DNA of 64,000 bases, taken from the IMG/VR virus record IMGVR_UViG_3300028603_000002, positions 107,909-171,908 of that record; one strand, written 5' to 3'. The position numbers and the translations under genes were made by a program. How positions within the stretch are numbered: position 1 is the first letter of the stretch; every line of letters begins with the position of its first letter. The stretch is from a virus (Duplodnaviria > Caudoviricetes). Of the stretch, positions 26,026 to 37,153 are shown in pieces. Under the pieces are notes generated by a model that saw only the letters and a program-made list of their open reading frames with translations, was not told the DNA's origin and did no database searches.

Positions 26026-26956
26026 ATAATTTATCTTTGAAATATTCGCATGTCGATTGTAGCCCATCTATCAAATCTACTTTTGGTTCCCAATCCAATA
26101 CTTTCTTAGCAAGTCTGATATCAGGCTGTCTTTGCATTGGGTCGTCAATTATATCATGATATACTAAATCTATATGTTCTACGTCTAATAATAATCCCAA
26201 TTGATCTATTAGATCCATTATTCGATATTCCGCTGGGTTGCCAATATTAATTGGACCTACAAATGGAATAGATTTCTGCATATATTTAATGATACCATTT
26301 ACAGTATCAGTTATATAACAAAATGATCTAGTTTGTTTTCCATCATTATGTACTGTAATTGGTTTTCCTAATAACATCTGATTGATAAAATTTGGAATTG
26401 CTCTTCCATCATCAACTCTCATATGCGGGCCATATGTATTGAATATACGAACTATCCTGACATCCAAACCATGCACACGGTGATAAGCCATTGCCATTGC
26501 TTCCTGGAATCTTTTAGCTTCATCGTAAACTCCTCTTGGTCCAATTGGATTTACATGTCCCCAATAATCTTCAGACTGTGGATGTTTTTGTGGATCGCCA
26601 TACACTTCACTTGTCGAAGCAATAAGAATAGGTATTTTCTGTTTCCTTGCTAATTCTAAAATATTATATGTACCTGCTGATCCCACTCGAAGTGTTTCAA
26701 TAGGCATATTTAGATAATCGGCGGGAGAGGCTGGCGAAGCAAAGTGTAAAATGTAGTCAGCTTTAACAAACGGCAATCGCTCAGATATATCATGATCGAT
26801 AAATTGAAACCAGTTGGAATCTGTTAAACATTGTATGTTATCTCCATTGCTGGTACATAAATTATCCATACAAATGATATGGTGTCCATCATCATGTAGA
26901 TACCGACAAAGGTAACTCCCTATAAACCCAGCGCCACCAGTAACTAATATTCTCAT
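25991..26956 (-). CDS. UDP-glucuronic acid decarboxylase (UDP-xylose synthase)-like NAD-dependent epimerase/dehydratase
   Basis: [62 protein letters not shown]. Confidence 0.9.
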   Translation of the reverse strand: MRILVTGGAGFIGSYLCRYLHDDGHHIICMDNLCTSNGDNIQCLTDSNWFQFIDHDISERLPFVKADYILHFASPASPADYLNMPIETLRVGSAGTYNILELARKQKIPILIASTSEVYGDPQKHPQSEDYWGHVNPIGPRGVYDEAKRFQEAMAMAYHRVHGLDVRIVRIFNTYGPHMRVDDGRAIPNFINQMLLGKPITVHNDGKQTRSFCYITDTVNGIIKYMQKSIPFVGPINIGNPAEYRIMDLIDQLGLLLDVEHIDLVYHDIIDDPMQRQPDIRLAKKVLDWEPKVDLIDGLQSTCEYFKDKLYDNTKETTRSK

Positions 26957-27441
26957 AGTTCAAATTCGCTTAAATGTTTGATTCTTCTATTCCATTGAAA
27001 TGTTTGGTTACAATCAGCGTCCCATACATATGACTTAATTCCAACTTCATCTAATTCGAGTACAGTTTGTGGTTTATCGTCGATAAAGTGTGTAATCCCA
27101 AGTTCTTTACATATATTTACCTTAGATTCATTGTAAACAGTAAAAACTGGTTTAGTTGGTAGTTTGTTCATCCCTATTGCTTGTTCACTTATCTCGCTTG
27201 GTATTGGTCGAGCAGTAACATAGAAATCAAACTTGAAATCTTCAATACCAATATTATCATTTACAGGCATTGACAACCAAAACTTTGGATCATGTTTAAC
27301 TATATGAAAGTTATCGTCTATAAAGGGAACATCCCAATATGTAGGTGGGGTGTATTCATATCCTAACCATCTATAGAAATGACGCATAAAATCGAATACG
27401 ACATCATCAAGATCTAATCCTATCTTTATCTCCATGCTCAA
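26953..27441 (-). CDS. HAD-family 5'(3')-deoxyribonucleotidase-like protein
   Basis: [12 protein letters not shown]...VTAR...K...FIDDKP. Confidence 0.8.
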   Translation of the reverse strand: MSMEIKIGLDLDDVVFDFMRHFYRWLGYEYTPPTYWDVPFIDDNFHIVKHDPKFWLSMPVNDNIGIEDFKFDFYVTARPIPSEISEQAIGMNKLPTKPVFTVYNESKVNICKELGITHFIDDKPQTVLELDEVGIKSYVWDADCNQTFQWNRRIKHLSEFEL

Positions 27442-27554
27442 AAATTTTATATAAAAATAAGGGTTTTTGAGGATATAACAAAATTTTTTATGAAAATTTC
27501 TTGAATATAAAATATTTTACTTATATTTATGGCCAGATTATTTCATAACTAAAC

Positions 27555-27890
27555 ATGTTTTGTATGAATACGAAAACTAAAGTACATGAGGATGGTAGCG
27601 CAACCATCTCTTATCAGTTTGGCCGTATTGCATTAACCACTGAACAAGGTTATCGTTGTAATGTTCGGCGCTCCATTAAGAATATGGAGAAATTTTTGGA
27701 GGGTAAAAAGAATTATAAAGTAACACTGGATCGTTGTAGACCCGACCCAGAAGGTTATATTTGTGTTCTAGTTATTCGCAATAGAATGGGTTATCCAATT
27801 TGTTGGAAATGGTATAAATCTATACCAGCAGCTCAACGAGCTTTTCAAACATTAATTGATAAGTTAGTTGATATTAGAAACTCTAATTAA
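27555..27890 (+). CDS. hypothetical protein
   Basis: 111-aa ORF with upstream promoter and downstream terminator. Confidence 0.7.
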   Translation: MFCMNTKTKVHEDGSATISYQFGRIALTTEQGYRCNVRRSIKNMEKFLEGKKNYKVTLDRCRPDPEGYICVLVIRNRMGYPICWKWYKSIPAAQRAFQTLIDKLVDIRNSN

Positions 27891-27914
27891 AGAAAACAAC
27901 CAAGATTTTTTAAG

Positions 27915-27950
27915 ATGAGTTGGATATTAATTTATCTAACTCATTTTTAT
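27915..27950 (+). terminator. intrinsic terminator
   Basis: ATGAGTTGGATA-ttaatt-TATCTAACTCAT followed by TTTT. Confidence 0.7.
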
Positions 27951-27996
27951 GTAAATTCCTATCATTTTAATATTTATAACAAAGATAGGAAAAGTT

Positions 27997-28692
27997 ATGA
28001 CATATGAAACAGAGTTTTACAAACTTCTCGAAAATGAATATTTAGATGTTAATATAATTGATACTGAAAAAACATATAGAAGAAAGAATTTCGGTATAAA
28101 AAGATTATATAGATTGCTTGCATTGGATGATCTTAAAATTCAAGTCCTAAATTATAAAACAATTATAAAGAAACATTCAATAGGCGGATGGTGCTCATTA
28201 GAAGCATTTGAATGTCTGAAAAATCTGCATGTTAACAATCTATCTTGGATTGGTAATACAGCAAAATTAATTTCTTGTAATACATTTGAAAAATCTATTC
28301 TTCTTGATGATGCCGCTGTGGTTAAAAAAAATACAGATGAATTACATTTATTTAATGTCTATGCAGCAAATTACGCCAGGATTGATGGTGGAAATATTAA
28401 TTCATCTGAATTCTATGATAAAACAACAGTGTATTCTGGTACGTTAGTGAAAGTTCAAATGTACAATGCATCATTGATAAAAAATTCTACAGTAACAAAT
28501 ACTATATTACATGATGGATCATACATTATGTCTTCCGAAGTATTAGATTGTACTTTAAAGGATACTGCATCAATTATTAATGGAAAACATGAAAATTGCA
28601 TTTACTCAGGAAATCATGTAGCTAAAGAAAATAGTAGAAATCAGACATTACATGAAGAAAGTGTAATACTAGAAATTAAAACTGGTAAATAA
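27997..28692 (+). CDS. hypothetical protein with beta-helix-like C-terminus
   Basis: 231 aa; LYRLLAL..IGGW...SWI and short beta repeats. Confidence 0.7.
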   Translation: MTYETEFYKLLENEYLDVNIIDTEKTYRRKNFGIKRLYRLLALDDLKIQVLNYKTIIKKHSIGGWCSLEAFECLKNLHVNNLSWIGNTAKLISCNTFEKSILLDDAAVVKKNTDELHLFNVYAANYARIDGGNINSSEFYDKTTVYSGTLVKVQMYNASLIKNSTVTNTILHDGSYIMSSEVLDCTLKDTASIINGKHENCIYSGNHVAKENSRNQTLHEESVILEIKTGK

Positions 28693-28701
28693 CTTACATA
28701 A

Positions 28702-29202
28702 ATGTCATGGAGTTTATTTCATACCAAAATGTATGCGCTTATTGGAAAACAACACGTTTCCAGATTTGAATTCAGTTTAACTTTAGCAACTGCTTATCAC
28801 GAATGTGTACTCCGACATTATGATGCTTTTACTGCAGGAGGTGTAGTTATTAACACCGCGCCTAAAATACAAGCACTTTATCAGGGTATATTGCAGATTG
28901 CTGAAATGAATAGAAAGTCTCATAAGGATGTTAATTTCGTTCAGCAAATTGAGCCATATATCTATGTTTACTGGACAGGTGCTGTTATTATCGGACCTAC
29001 TGGCATTGTTAATGTTACCTCACCTGGATCTTGGGTATCTATTCACATCAAACAAAATTTTGATTTTAATGTTATACTTTATGCCTTTGAGTCCGCCGCG
29101 AGGATACATCTGGCAACATTAACAGGTATATACACCTCTACAGTAATACAACCTCCAATTACTACTCCGTGGAGCGGTGCTTCACTTCAAACTTTTCCAT
29201 GA
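28702..29202 (+). CDS. putative virion/baseplate-associated protein
   Basis: MSWSLF...YWTG...PG...HL.TLTG...PWSG. Confidence 0.65.
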   Translation: MSWSLFHTKMYALIGKQHVSRFEFSLTLATAYHECVLRHYDAFTAGGVVINTAPKIQALYQGILQIAEMNRKSHKDVNFVQQIEPYIYVYWTGAVIIGPTGIVNVTSPGSWVSIHIKQNFDFNVILYAFESAARIHLATLTGIYTSTVIQPPITTPWSGASLQTFP

Positions 29203-29242
29203 GTTCATAGTCTCAACTATATTTATTAATAAATACGAAGTC

Positions 29243-30127
29243 ATGGATTGGAGAAAGCAACCAACATCAATAATTAAAGACGCTCAGAGGAATTTAGGAT
29301 TGCCAATTACTGGTAATAAAGATCCTCTTACTGAAGCAGCTATTAGAAATTTCCAACATAAAAATAAACTTCCTGTTACTGGAGAATTAGATTCTAGGAC
29401 ATTAAATTTATTATTAAATGAAATTGAATTTACTAGTGATGCTTCAGAGAACTTTGAATCTTTTATGATTCATTATCCATTGCCCAGAAATGAATACATT
29501 ATAGGTCCAACTCATAAAGAATATCTATTCTTACATCACACTGCTGGTTGGAATGATCCGTATAAACAAGTAGATGGGTGGGCAACGGATTCTAGGGGTC
29601 CAATAGGAACTGGATACATTATTGGTGGTACTAATATTAAAAATGGTGATGATACTTATGATGGAATTGTATTAAAAACAATGTCAGATAATGATTATGC
29701 ATGGCATCTTGGCCCTGTAGATAAGTTCATGCACAAACACTCAATAGGAATAGAAATTTGTAATTTTGGTTTTCTAACAAAGAAAGGAAATAATTACTAC
29801 ACTTATGTGAATCAATTAGTACTACCAGAACAAGTATTAGATCTTAAATCATCCTTTAAAGGACATAGATATTGGCATAAGTATACTGATAGACAAATAT
29901 CAATCCTTAAAGATTTAATTTTACATTTATGTAACAAACATAATATTGATTATACAGTTGGATTAATAGATAGATTAAAACAAATGAATCCAATCGATGC
30001 TTTTTCTTATTATGAAGCTGCAAAATCAGGTGAAGTGAAGGGTATGTTGAGTCATACTAATGTACACACAGGAAAATTTGATATTTTCCCTCAAGAAGAA
30101 ATGATAGATATGTTACTTTCACTTTGA
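29243..30127 (+). CDS. endolysin: peptidoglycan-binding domain plus N-acetylmuramoyl-L-alanine amidase
   Basis: TEAAIRNFQ..NKLPVTGELD..T; LHHTAG, AWHLG, SIGIEICN, SH...KFD; likely start 29243 (track start 29177). Confidence 0.85.
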   Translation: MDWRKQPTSIIKDAQRNLGLPITGNKDPLTEAAIRNFQHKNKLPVTGELDSRTLNLLLNEIEFTSDASENFESFMIHYPLPRNEYIIGPTHKEYLFLHHTAGWNDPYKQVDGWATDSRGPIGTGYIIGGTNIKNGDDTYDGIVLKTMSDNDYAWHLGPVDKFMHKHSIGIEICNFGFLTKKGNNYYTYVNQLVLPEQVLDLKSSFKGHRYWHKYTDRQISILKDLILHLCNKHNIDYTVGLIDRLKQMNPIDAFSYYEAAKSGEVKGMLSHTNVHTGKFDIFPQEEMIDMLLSL

Positions 30128-30177
30128 AAATAAGAAAGTTTTTTTTATATTTAATTCTTAAAATAAATTTATAAGCC

Positions 30178-30960
30178 ATGATTAATTTAAATGATTTTTT
30201 AACACCAAAAAAGAAAAATCAAATTGACGATGATGGGGATATTCTAATCTCTGAAGAGCAAGATGATACAGAAGATACTAATATATCTGAAGTTGATGAA
30301 AAACCAAAAATAGAAAAAATAGAAGATAATACTGAATTAAAACCAATTCAAGAAATACCTCAATATTTAATAGATGATCCTATAGCAATGGGATATGAAG
30401 ATGAAGTATTTCAGGATTCTATTTATAATTTTTCCTTGTCAGGGGTGTTGCCATTATCAGGTGAAGTATCAATGTTAGATATTGGTTGTGGAAGGGCTGA
30501 TATTACAGACTATATTAGTAGAAATTTCATTATAGAATTAAATTATACAGGTATAGAGTTAAATCAAACAATAGCCAAAATTCCAGAAACTAAATACCCG
30601 ACGTTTTTCAATCAAAAAGATAAGTATAAAATAATTAATGATGAATTTTTAAATTATGATTTTAAAGATAATCTTTACGATTGGGTCATTTGTATTGGTT
30701 CATTAAATTTACTATACTATGAAATCAAAATAGATAAATGGCAATACATCAATAATTTTATTTCTAAAGCATTAGATGTTTGTAAACAAGGTGTTGTATT
30801 AACATTAATACATGATACCGGCGGACAGGAGAATTTTGTATCTTATCCAATTCCTAATATGGCAGATGAAGTATTAAAATTCAAACGTCCATTTACAATA
30901 CAAACATCAGAGATATCAGACATTTACAGAGTTATCATTAATAAACAAGTAATTTTATAA
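30178..30960 (+). CDS. class I SAM-dependent methyltransferase
   Basis: SMLDIGCGRAD...YTGIE...YDWVICIGSLN. Confidence 0.8.
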   Translation: MINLNDFLTPKKKNQIDDDGDILISEEQDDTEDTNISEVDEKPKIEKIEDNTELKPIQEIPQYLIDDPIAMGYEDEVFQDSIYNFSLSGVLPLSGEVSMLDIGCGRADITDYISRNFIIELNYTGIELNQTIAKIPETKYPTFFNQKDKYKIINDEFLNYDFKDNLYDWVICIGSLNLLYYEIKIDKWQYINNFISKALDVCKQGVVLTLIHDTGGQENFVSYPIPNMADEVLKFKRPFTIQTSEISDIYRVIINKQVIL

Positions 30961-30963
30961 ACA

Positions 30964-31341
30964 ATGAGTATAAATCAACGCTTCGGAATAGACCAGAAAA
31001 GAAAAGGAAAGTTAAGTAAATACTTTCAATCTATTGATTTTGAGTTGAATGATAGATTAACAAATACTATTATCAGACAACGACAAAATGATACTAAGAT
31101 AGGTATTTTATTTGTTGGTAATTTTAAGACTCAAGTTTCAATTAATGAAATTGATAATATAATTGAATCATTGAATGAATCTATTAGTAATTATTCGACA
31201 GTAAAAAATACTAAGACGAAAATTTACGGAACTTATTCATTAGATTTATCAAAATCAGAAATATATAGATTAATTGAAACATTAAGCAATGCTAAACAAG
31301 TTTTTATGAAAGCATACTCAATGGGCAGATATAGACGATGA
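30964..31341 (+). CDS. hypothetical phage protein
   Basis: 125-aa ORF. Confidence 0.75.
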   Translation: MSINQRFGIDQKRKGKLSKYFQSIDFELNDRLTNTIIRQRQNDTKIGILFVGNFKTQVSINEIDNIIESLNESISNYSTVKNTKTKIYGTYSLDLSKSEIYRLIETLSNAKQVFMKAYSMGRYRR

Positions 31342-31763
31342 TGTTAAAACCAGAATCATTTGTACTTTATTCGATACTTTCAGATCGAGATAAAATTAGT
31401 TATATCTCAGATCTATTTAATGCTGAGGATGAAAAGCATAATGATATAACTAATAACTATATGCAGGATTATATGAATATTTTTCCATATGAAGTTAACC
31501 CGTATGTTAAAATACATATCTACTATTTAGAACAATTTGATTCTGTTTTACATATTTTCGACCAGGGTAAATTACTACACTTTAATTCAGATAGATTAGT
31601 GTCAATTAACTATTATTTAACTCAGTGTTATAGTTTAGGTTATATTCTTACAAGAAATTATGAATATAAAAAAACCAAACATAATAAAGATAAATTTCAT
31701 CTTAGGTACTACCGCGCATATAATTTGCTGGGTAGGGCAACTTCCAAGTTAGAAATGAACTGA
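31338..31763 (+). CDS. hypothetical phage protein
   Basis: 141-aa ORF. Confidence 0.7.
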   Translation: MMLKPESFVLYSILSDRDKISYISDLFNAEDEKHNDITNNYMQDYMNIFPYEVNPYVKIHIYYLEQFDSVLHIFDQGKLLHFNSDRLVSINYYLTQCYSLGYILTRNYEYKKTKHNKDKFHLRYYRAYNLLGRATSKLEMN

Positions 31764-31799
31764 ATTTTTAATTTTAACGCGGTTTTCCGCTCTTCTACT

Positions 31800-32009
31800 A
31801 TGTTTTTAGTAAAAACTGGACCCTTATTATACGACGTCAGAAAACAACTCGTTAAACCGGAGTTAAATGAGCCGGATTTGAAATTGTATTGTGAATATGT
31901 GAAATTAAAGTTTTTTTGTGATGCTGTCTTTACACATGATAAACACTTGTTATGTTGTATGTTGGTTGAAGAGGCAGAAATACTTTCTTCTACTGGGGAA
32001 GAAGAATAA
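31800..32009 (+). CDS. hypothetical phage protein
   Basis: 69-aa ORF. Confidence 0.65.
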   Translation: MFLVKTGPLLYDVRKQLVKPELNEPDLKLYCEYVKLKFFCDAVFTHDKHLLCCMLVEEAEILSSTGEEE

Positions 32010-32474
32010 TTTTATTAAACATTAATTTTTAATATGTTATACATTAATTTAAAAAAAATATCAAATTTACTGAAAAATAATTTAAAAAATATTTGGTTAT
32101 CTGAAAAAAAGTCTCTAACTTTAAGGCCTTATAAAGGTTAAAAGGTTAAAAGGTTAAAAGATATAAAGGGTATAAAGGGTATAAAGATTTAAAAGGTTAA
32201 ACATTAATTATTATTAAATAAAATATTTAAATAAATATAAAAAAGTAATATTAAGAAAGATTAGATTATATATTAAAAATAATTAGTAATTAATAAAATA
32301 TATATAATAATAAGTATAATATATAAAAGTATTATACTTTTTTTATGATTAAATATAATAAAGTTAATAGAAATTATATTTATATATAGTAAAAATAATG
32401 TTAAAAAATAAAACAAATAATTGTTTATTAACAGTATATACATTAATAAGTGTATTAATATATAGGACATAAAA
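32010..32474. other. extremely AT-rich intergenic region with short tandem repeats (candidate origin)
   Basis: (AAAGGTTA)x3 and (ATAAAGGGT)x2 at 32131-32200; very few G or C bases over about 450 bp. Confidence 0.4.
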
Positions 32475-33509
32475 TTGAAAAAAGTACTTCCATACCTTAT
32501 ACTCCTTTCCGCTTTAACTATTTCATGTTGTGTAGCTTATTATAGTGTATATGGGCTTAGTAAAGTATTTTCAGGAGCATCTATAGCAGCTATAACCTTA
32601 ATGTCTTGTTTAGAATTTAGTAAATTAGTAATAGCTACTTCTTTACATACATACTGGAATAAGTTAGAAATATTATTCAAAATATTCTTTACATTCGCTT
32701 TAATAACTTTAATGGTTATAACTAGTGCTGGTGTATATGGATTTTTAAGTCATGCTTATGAAATTACTGCAAGTCAAAATAAATACATTGAAGAAAATAT
32801 AAAAATTCTAAGTGTTAAGAAAAATAGATTTGAAGAGCAAATTAATGATTTTGATATTGAAAAAAATTCCATCATACCCAGTATAGTAGAATTACGTACG
32901 CAATTATCTAATCCAAATCAAGTACAGTATGTAGATAGGAAAACAGGACAAATAGTTACTACTAGTAGTTCCTCAGGTAGAAAAGCAGTAGAAAGTCAAT
33001 TACAGGATGCAATTGAAAGAAGAAATGAAATATCAAAAAAAATAGAATCATTAACTGATAGTGTATCCAGATTAGAAATACAAATAATTGAAGATGAAAA
33101 TTCCAATTCAGCAGCCGCAGAGTTAGGACCTTTGAAATACATTTCTAGAATTTCTGGAAAAAGTATTGATGTAGTTGTAAATTATTTTTTAATTTTAATT
33201 GTTCTTATTTCAGATCCATTAGCTATCTGTTTAATTCTTCTTGCTAATAAAACAGGAAAGTTTATAAAATCTCCACCCAGAAAAGAAGTAGAAGAAGTTA
33301 TACCTGTTAAACAGGATACGGCGGTTAAGGAATCAGAAACAGAAACAGTATCAACATCTCCGAAACTGAAACAAAAACCTGAAGAAAAAGTTGAAATTAA
33401 AATCAATAAAACATTTGATGATACTGTAAGAGAAATTGAAGAAGAAATACAAGAGAGTAAAAAGAGAGAAAGAGATAAATTTGAACCACACCAAAATTTT
33501 CATAGGTAA
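32475..33509 (+). CDS. membrane protein with coiled coil
   Basis: Three N-terminal TM segments, coiled coil, ELGPLKY, C-terminal TM with DPLA. Confidence 0.8.
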   Translation: MKKVLPYLILLSALTISCCVAYYSVYGLSKVFSGASIAAITLMSCLEFSKLVIATSLHTYWNKLEILFKIFFTFALITLMVITSAGVYGFLSHAYEITASQNKYIEENIKILSVKKNRFEEQINDFDIEKNSIIPSIVELRTQLSNPNQVQYVDRKTGQIVTTSSSSGRKAVESQLQDAIERRNEISKKIESLTDSVSRLEIQIIEDENSNSAAAELGPLKYISRISGKSIDVVVNYFLILIVLISDPLAICLILLANKTGKFIKSPPRKEVEEVIPVKQDTAVKESETETVSTSPKLKQKPEEKVEIKINKTFDDTVREIEEEIQESKKRERDKFEPHQNFHR

Positions 33510-33952
33510 TGGATATCTACAATGATCAAAATAAAAATCCTGAAATAAAGGAAATAACAAATTCAACAATACAATATGCAATTGTACCCATATATCTTCC
33601 CAGATTTAATTTTACTGAAATTGTAGAAAAATACTATCAAAAAGTAGAAGAATCATTAAATGGAAAACATGAACTTCAAACATATATACAACTTTTTGAT
33701 AATCCATTAATTGGGTATGAAATCGAAGAAAGTGAATTGCATATGTTAATTCGCTTTTTTAATAGAAGAGAAATTACGTTTATAGTTTGCAGTAATTTTG
33801 GAAAAAATATTATAGAATTTTTAGAATATTCAAAAAATAAATTATATTTTTATGATGGAGTACGATTTTTTGAATTTAATGGATTGGAACAAATGTGGAG
33901 AAATTTAGACGATGCAATGTTTTCAAAGTATGAAATAAATTTGTATGAATAA
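33509..33952 (+). CDS. hypothetical protein
   Basis: 147-aa ORF in operon. Confidence 0.7.
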   Translation: MDIYNDQNKNPEIKEITNSTIQYAIVPIYLPRFNFTEIVEKYYQKVEESLNGKHELQTYIQLFDNPLIGYEIEESELHMLIRFFNRREITFIVCSNFGKNIIEFLEYSKNKLYFYDGVRFFEFNGLEQMWRNLDDAMFSKYEINLYE

Positions 33953-34625
33953 GAAAGAAAGTTTGGAATTAATCAAAAAGAATTGGGAAAAGTGGAATGG
34001 TATAATTGATACTTTCCTTAAAAGCAGAGCAAGTAAGTTACATGAAATGTATGAAGACTTAGGTGTTGAAAGGGTAGTAATGGCACCTGCTAGTTCATAT
34101 GAATTTTTCCACAGTGCCTGGCCTGGTGGTTACATCGATCATGTTTTAAGAGTAATTCAATTTTCTTTACATATACACCAAACATATGAAAAGCTAGGAC
34201 TTAGTATAAAGGGGTATACAGTGGAGGAATTGGTTTTCGCTGCTATGCATCACGATTTTGGTAAAATGGGGTATCCTGGCGAAGGAAACGAGCATTACAT
34301 CGAAAATACAGATGAATGGTGGAGGACGAACCGCGGAAAAATGTATGACGTCAATGAAAATATTGCTAATATGTCCATCCCAGATAGATCAATATATTTG
34401 TTACAACATTATGAAATTCCAATAAGTCAAAATGAATTTTTAGCAATAAGAGTTCATGATGGGCCGTATGAAGAAGCAAATAAACAGTATTGGGTTTCAT
34501 TTTCTACAAATAGTAAATTCAGAAATAATCTCCCATATATCTTACACCAAGCCGATGTAATGGCTTATAGATATGAGTTTGAACAATGGGCAAAAGAAAG
34601 TAAGAAATTTAGATTGGATGAATAA
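33945..34625 (+). CDS. HD-domain phosphohydrolase
   Basis: APAS...HSAWPGGYIDHVLRV...HHDFGK...HDG...HQAD. Confidence 0.85.
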   Translation: MNKKESLELIKKNWEKWNGIIDTFLKSRASKLHEMYEDLGVERVVMAPASSYEFFHSAWPGGYIDHVLRVIQFSLHIHQTYEKLGLSIKGYTVEELVFAAMHHDFGKMGYPGEGNEHYIENTDEWWRTNRGKMYDVNENIANMSIPDRSIYLLQHYEIPISQNEFLAIRVHDGPYEEANKQYWVSFSTNSKFRNNLPYILHQADVMAYRYEFEQWAKESKKFRLDE

Positions 34626-34627
34626 TC

Positions 34628-34966
34628 ATGGAAAGTATAATAGCAGTTTTAATAATCATTATTGGAGTATTAGTTTATATTTCGTTTAATTTATACTTGA
34701 AATTTAATAAGCTAAAGCATGAATTAACAGTATACGTAGATTCAGAGGATAGAATAATAACTTTACTGGATTTTCTATTAAGCTTTCATACTAAGACTTT
34801 AAATGAATTAAAGAGAGTAGATAGATTAGGTTCATTTGAAGCAGATGATGAAGTTGGGTTTACTTTTAAAGCAATAGTTGCAGCTATTGAAGGTATTAAA
34901 CAACAAACTAAGATAATAAAGAAGAATTTACAAATAGATGATAAAAATGTTTCGGAGGAAAAATAA
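34628..34966 (+). CDS. membrane-anchored hypothetical protein
   Basis: N-terminal TM segment; GSFEADDEVGFTF. Confidence 0.75.
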   Translation: MESIIAVLIIIIGVLVYISFNLYLKFNKLKHELTVYVDSEDRIITLLDFLLSFHTKTLNELKRVDRLGSFEADDEVGFTFKAIVAAIEGIKQQTKIIKKNLQIDDKNVSEEK

Positions 34967-34969
34967 TAA

Positions 34970-35704
34970 ATGGCCCGTGGAAGGAAGAAGAAAAAAATGT
35001 ATTTTGATGTAGAGGTTGAAGAAGCGATTATTGAATATAACTCAATAACAGATAATTTTAGGAAAGAAAGATTATTTAATGACATAATTCACCCGGCATT
35101 AAAAAAGTTAAGTGAAAACTTAATACACAAATATAAATTCTATTATTACGATACAACATATCGCGATCTAAAACATGCAACAATTGCTTTTGTTCTTAGT
35201 AAGTTACATATGTACACCGAAGGGAAAGGAAAGGCATTCTCATACTTCTCTATTGTTGCAAGAAATTATCTTATAGTACAGAATAGAGCAATGTTTAAAT
35301 CAATATCAGAAAAGGAAGACCTTGCTGTTATTGACGATGAAAGAAATCTTAATGTAGAAATAAATGAAGAGGAGAGAGCAAGCGAGTTAAAAGATTTTAT
35401 TGATTTATGGGTAGAATGGATGGATTCTACATTAGAGGATCATTTTACAGAGAGTGAAATGAACATAGCAGATTCAATTATTGAGCTATTTAAAATACGT
35501 GAAAATATAGAAATCTTTAATAAGAAATACTTATACATTCTAATCCGAGAACGAACTGGTAAATCAAATACCCAGAATATCACGTCCGTAGTGAATAAAG
35601 TTAAAAATATTTTCTATAAAATGTATAAAATATATTTGAATACTGGGAAAGTAGACTTTGATGAATATTTATTAGTAAAAGAGGAAGATGACGATGGACT
35701 TTAA
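34970..35704 (+). CDS. phage late-transcription sigma factor (gp55-like)
   Basis: YFD...AIIEYN...KLSENLI...GKAFSYFSIVARNYLI sigma region-2-like motif; sits ahead of the structural module. Confidence 0.7.
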   Translation: MARGRKKKKMYFDVEVEEAIIEYNSITDNFRKERLFNDIIHPALKKLSENLIHKYKFYYYDTTYRDLKHATIAFVLSKLHMYTEGKGKAFSYFSIVARNYLIVQNRAMFKSISEKEDLAVIDDERNLNVEINEEERASELKDFIDLWVEWMDSTLEDHFTESEMNIADSIIELFKIRENIEIFNKKYLYILIRERTGKSNTQNITSVVNKVKNIFYKMYKIYLNTGKVDFDEYLLVKEEDDDGL

Positions 35705-36068
35705 AGATATTAAGATTTTTAGTGATAAGGGGAAGGATGTAACATTAGAGGATGTATTCAAAGATATTTACAATAACTCCAAGAAAAGAAATAAGAAATT
35801 ATTAGACTTGCTTACTGACCTTGAAGACAGTATTGAAACAGATAGAGACAGATTATTAATGATTCCACTATTACAGAAATATATGGAATTGGGTGCTGTT
35901 ACTGATGACAAATTGATAAAAATGGTATTAGCAATACAGAAATTTATAGATTCTAAAAAGAGTAATATTTCGGAAGGAGAAGATCTTAATATTCCAAGAG
36001 AAGAGATTGAAGAATTATTAAAAAATGTAACTAATGGTAAAATCATTGGGCTTGAAGGCAACAAATAA
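35688..36068 (+). CDS. hypothetical helical phage protein
   Basis: 126-aa ORF. Confidence 0.75.
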   Translation: MTMDFKDIKIFSDKGKDVTLEDVFKDIYNNSKKRNKKLLDLLTDLEDSIETDRDRLLMIPLLQKYMELGAVTDDKLIKMVLAIQKFIDSKKSNISEGEDLNIPREEIEELLKNVTNGKIIGLEGNK

Positions 36069-37126
36069 TGTTCATTGGCGAAGTTATCGAAACAAAAAAG
36101 GCATTCAAACCTAAACAAAAGGATGATGAGGGTAATGTATTACCATTGGGTTCTATACAAATACGAATTGGATCAGAAGATCATTTAGGACAAGTTAAGA
36201 ATATATGGGCAAGACCCGCTGAATTTAGTTCGAGAAGAATACCACTAATAGGTGAACATGTAATTGTATTTACTGCACCTACACACGACAATTCCAACGA
36301 AGCAGTTAAAGCCGTTGGATATTTTTATTTTCCCCCCATTAATGCTACAGATGATTTAACGTTCCATCATTATCCTAAGTTATGGAAGAGAAGTAAAAAT
36401 ACTTCTGGGGGATCAGCACCCGGTTCTCGGTTAGCGGATCAAAAAATACCAGGATATACGTTTCCAAAGAAACCCAAATCAAGTAAGAATCTTCAAATTT
36501 TTGAGGGTGATGTTTTATATGAAGGTAGATTCGGCCAAAGCATTAGATTTGGGAGTACAGTAGTAGGTAATACAAGTGTATATCAAGAGAAACCATGGTG
36601 GAAAGGTGGTAGCAATACAGATCCATTAATGATAATGAGGGTTAAGAAACCTGGCGGGTTGGGTTCTGGGCTAAGTAATATAAGCAACTCTAATTATACA
36701 ATTGAAGATATTGATGGAGATGAAAGTAGTATTTATATGACCTCCACCCAGAAACTAATAAAATTAAAATCTGCATTTTCAAGTAATAGAGATTCATTAA
36801 GATTAGGAACATGGAGTTCTGGGGCTCAAATAGTATTAAATTCAGATAGAATTGTATTAAATGCAAAAAAAGATATGGCATTTGTATTATCTAAAAACAA
36901 AACAATTATTGCTGGAAAAAAGGTGTTATTACAAAGTCAGAAACATAATGTTGATCTAGATGATTTAATGGAATTCATTAAGAAGTTTCTCCAAATGGTA
37001 ACTGACTTAACTAAAGGGGTTAAACAGTTCTCGACCGCTGCAGGACCAACATTAGTTTCAACTAACATGGCACAATTCATTAAACATAATAGCGTAACGT
37101 TTAACACGAAGTTTAAGAAGCCGTAA
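36068..37126 (+). CDS. baseplate hub/spike (gp5-like) protein
   Basis: PLIGEHV OB-fold-like segment; EGDVLYEGRFGQSIRFGST; IVLNSDRIVLNAK. Confidence 0.65.
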   Translation: MFIGEVIETKKAFKPKQKDDEGNVLPLGSIQIRIGSEDHLGQVKNIWARPAEFSSRRIPLIGEHVIVFTAPTHDNSNEAVKAVGYFYFPPINATDDLTFHHYPKLWKRSKNTSGGSAPGSRLADQKIPGYTFPKKPKSSKNLQIFEGDVLYEGRFGQSIRFGSTVVGNTSVYQEKPWWKGGSNTDPLMIMRVKKPGGLGSGLSNISNSNYTIEDIDGDESSIYMTSTQKLIKLKSAFSSNRDSLRLGTWSSGAQIVLNSDRIVLNAKKDMAFVLSKNKTIIAGKKVLLQSQKHNVDLDDLMEFIKKFLQMVTDLTKGVKQFSTAAGPTLVSTNMAQFIKHNSVTFNTKFKKP

Positions 37127-37153
37127 TATTTATATTTATACATGGAGTAAATT

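Noticed and set aside
32273-32470. 65-aa hydrophobic ORF
   Set aside because: Its I/L/Y/N/F-only composition is an artefact of AT-rich DNA.
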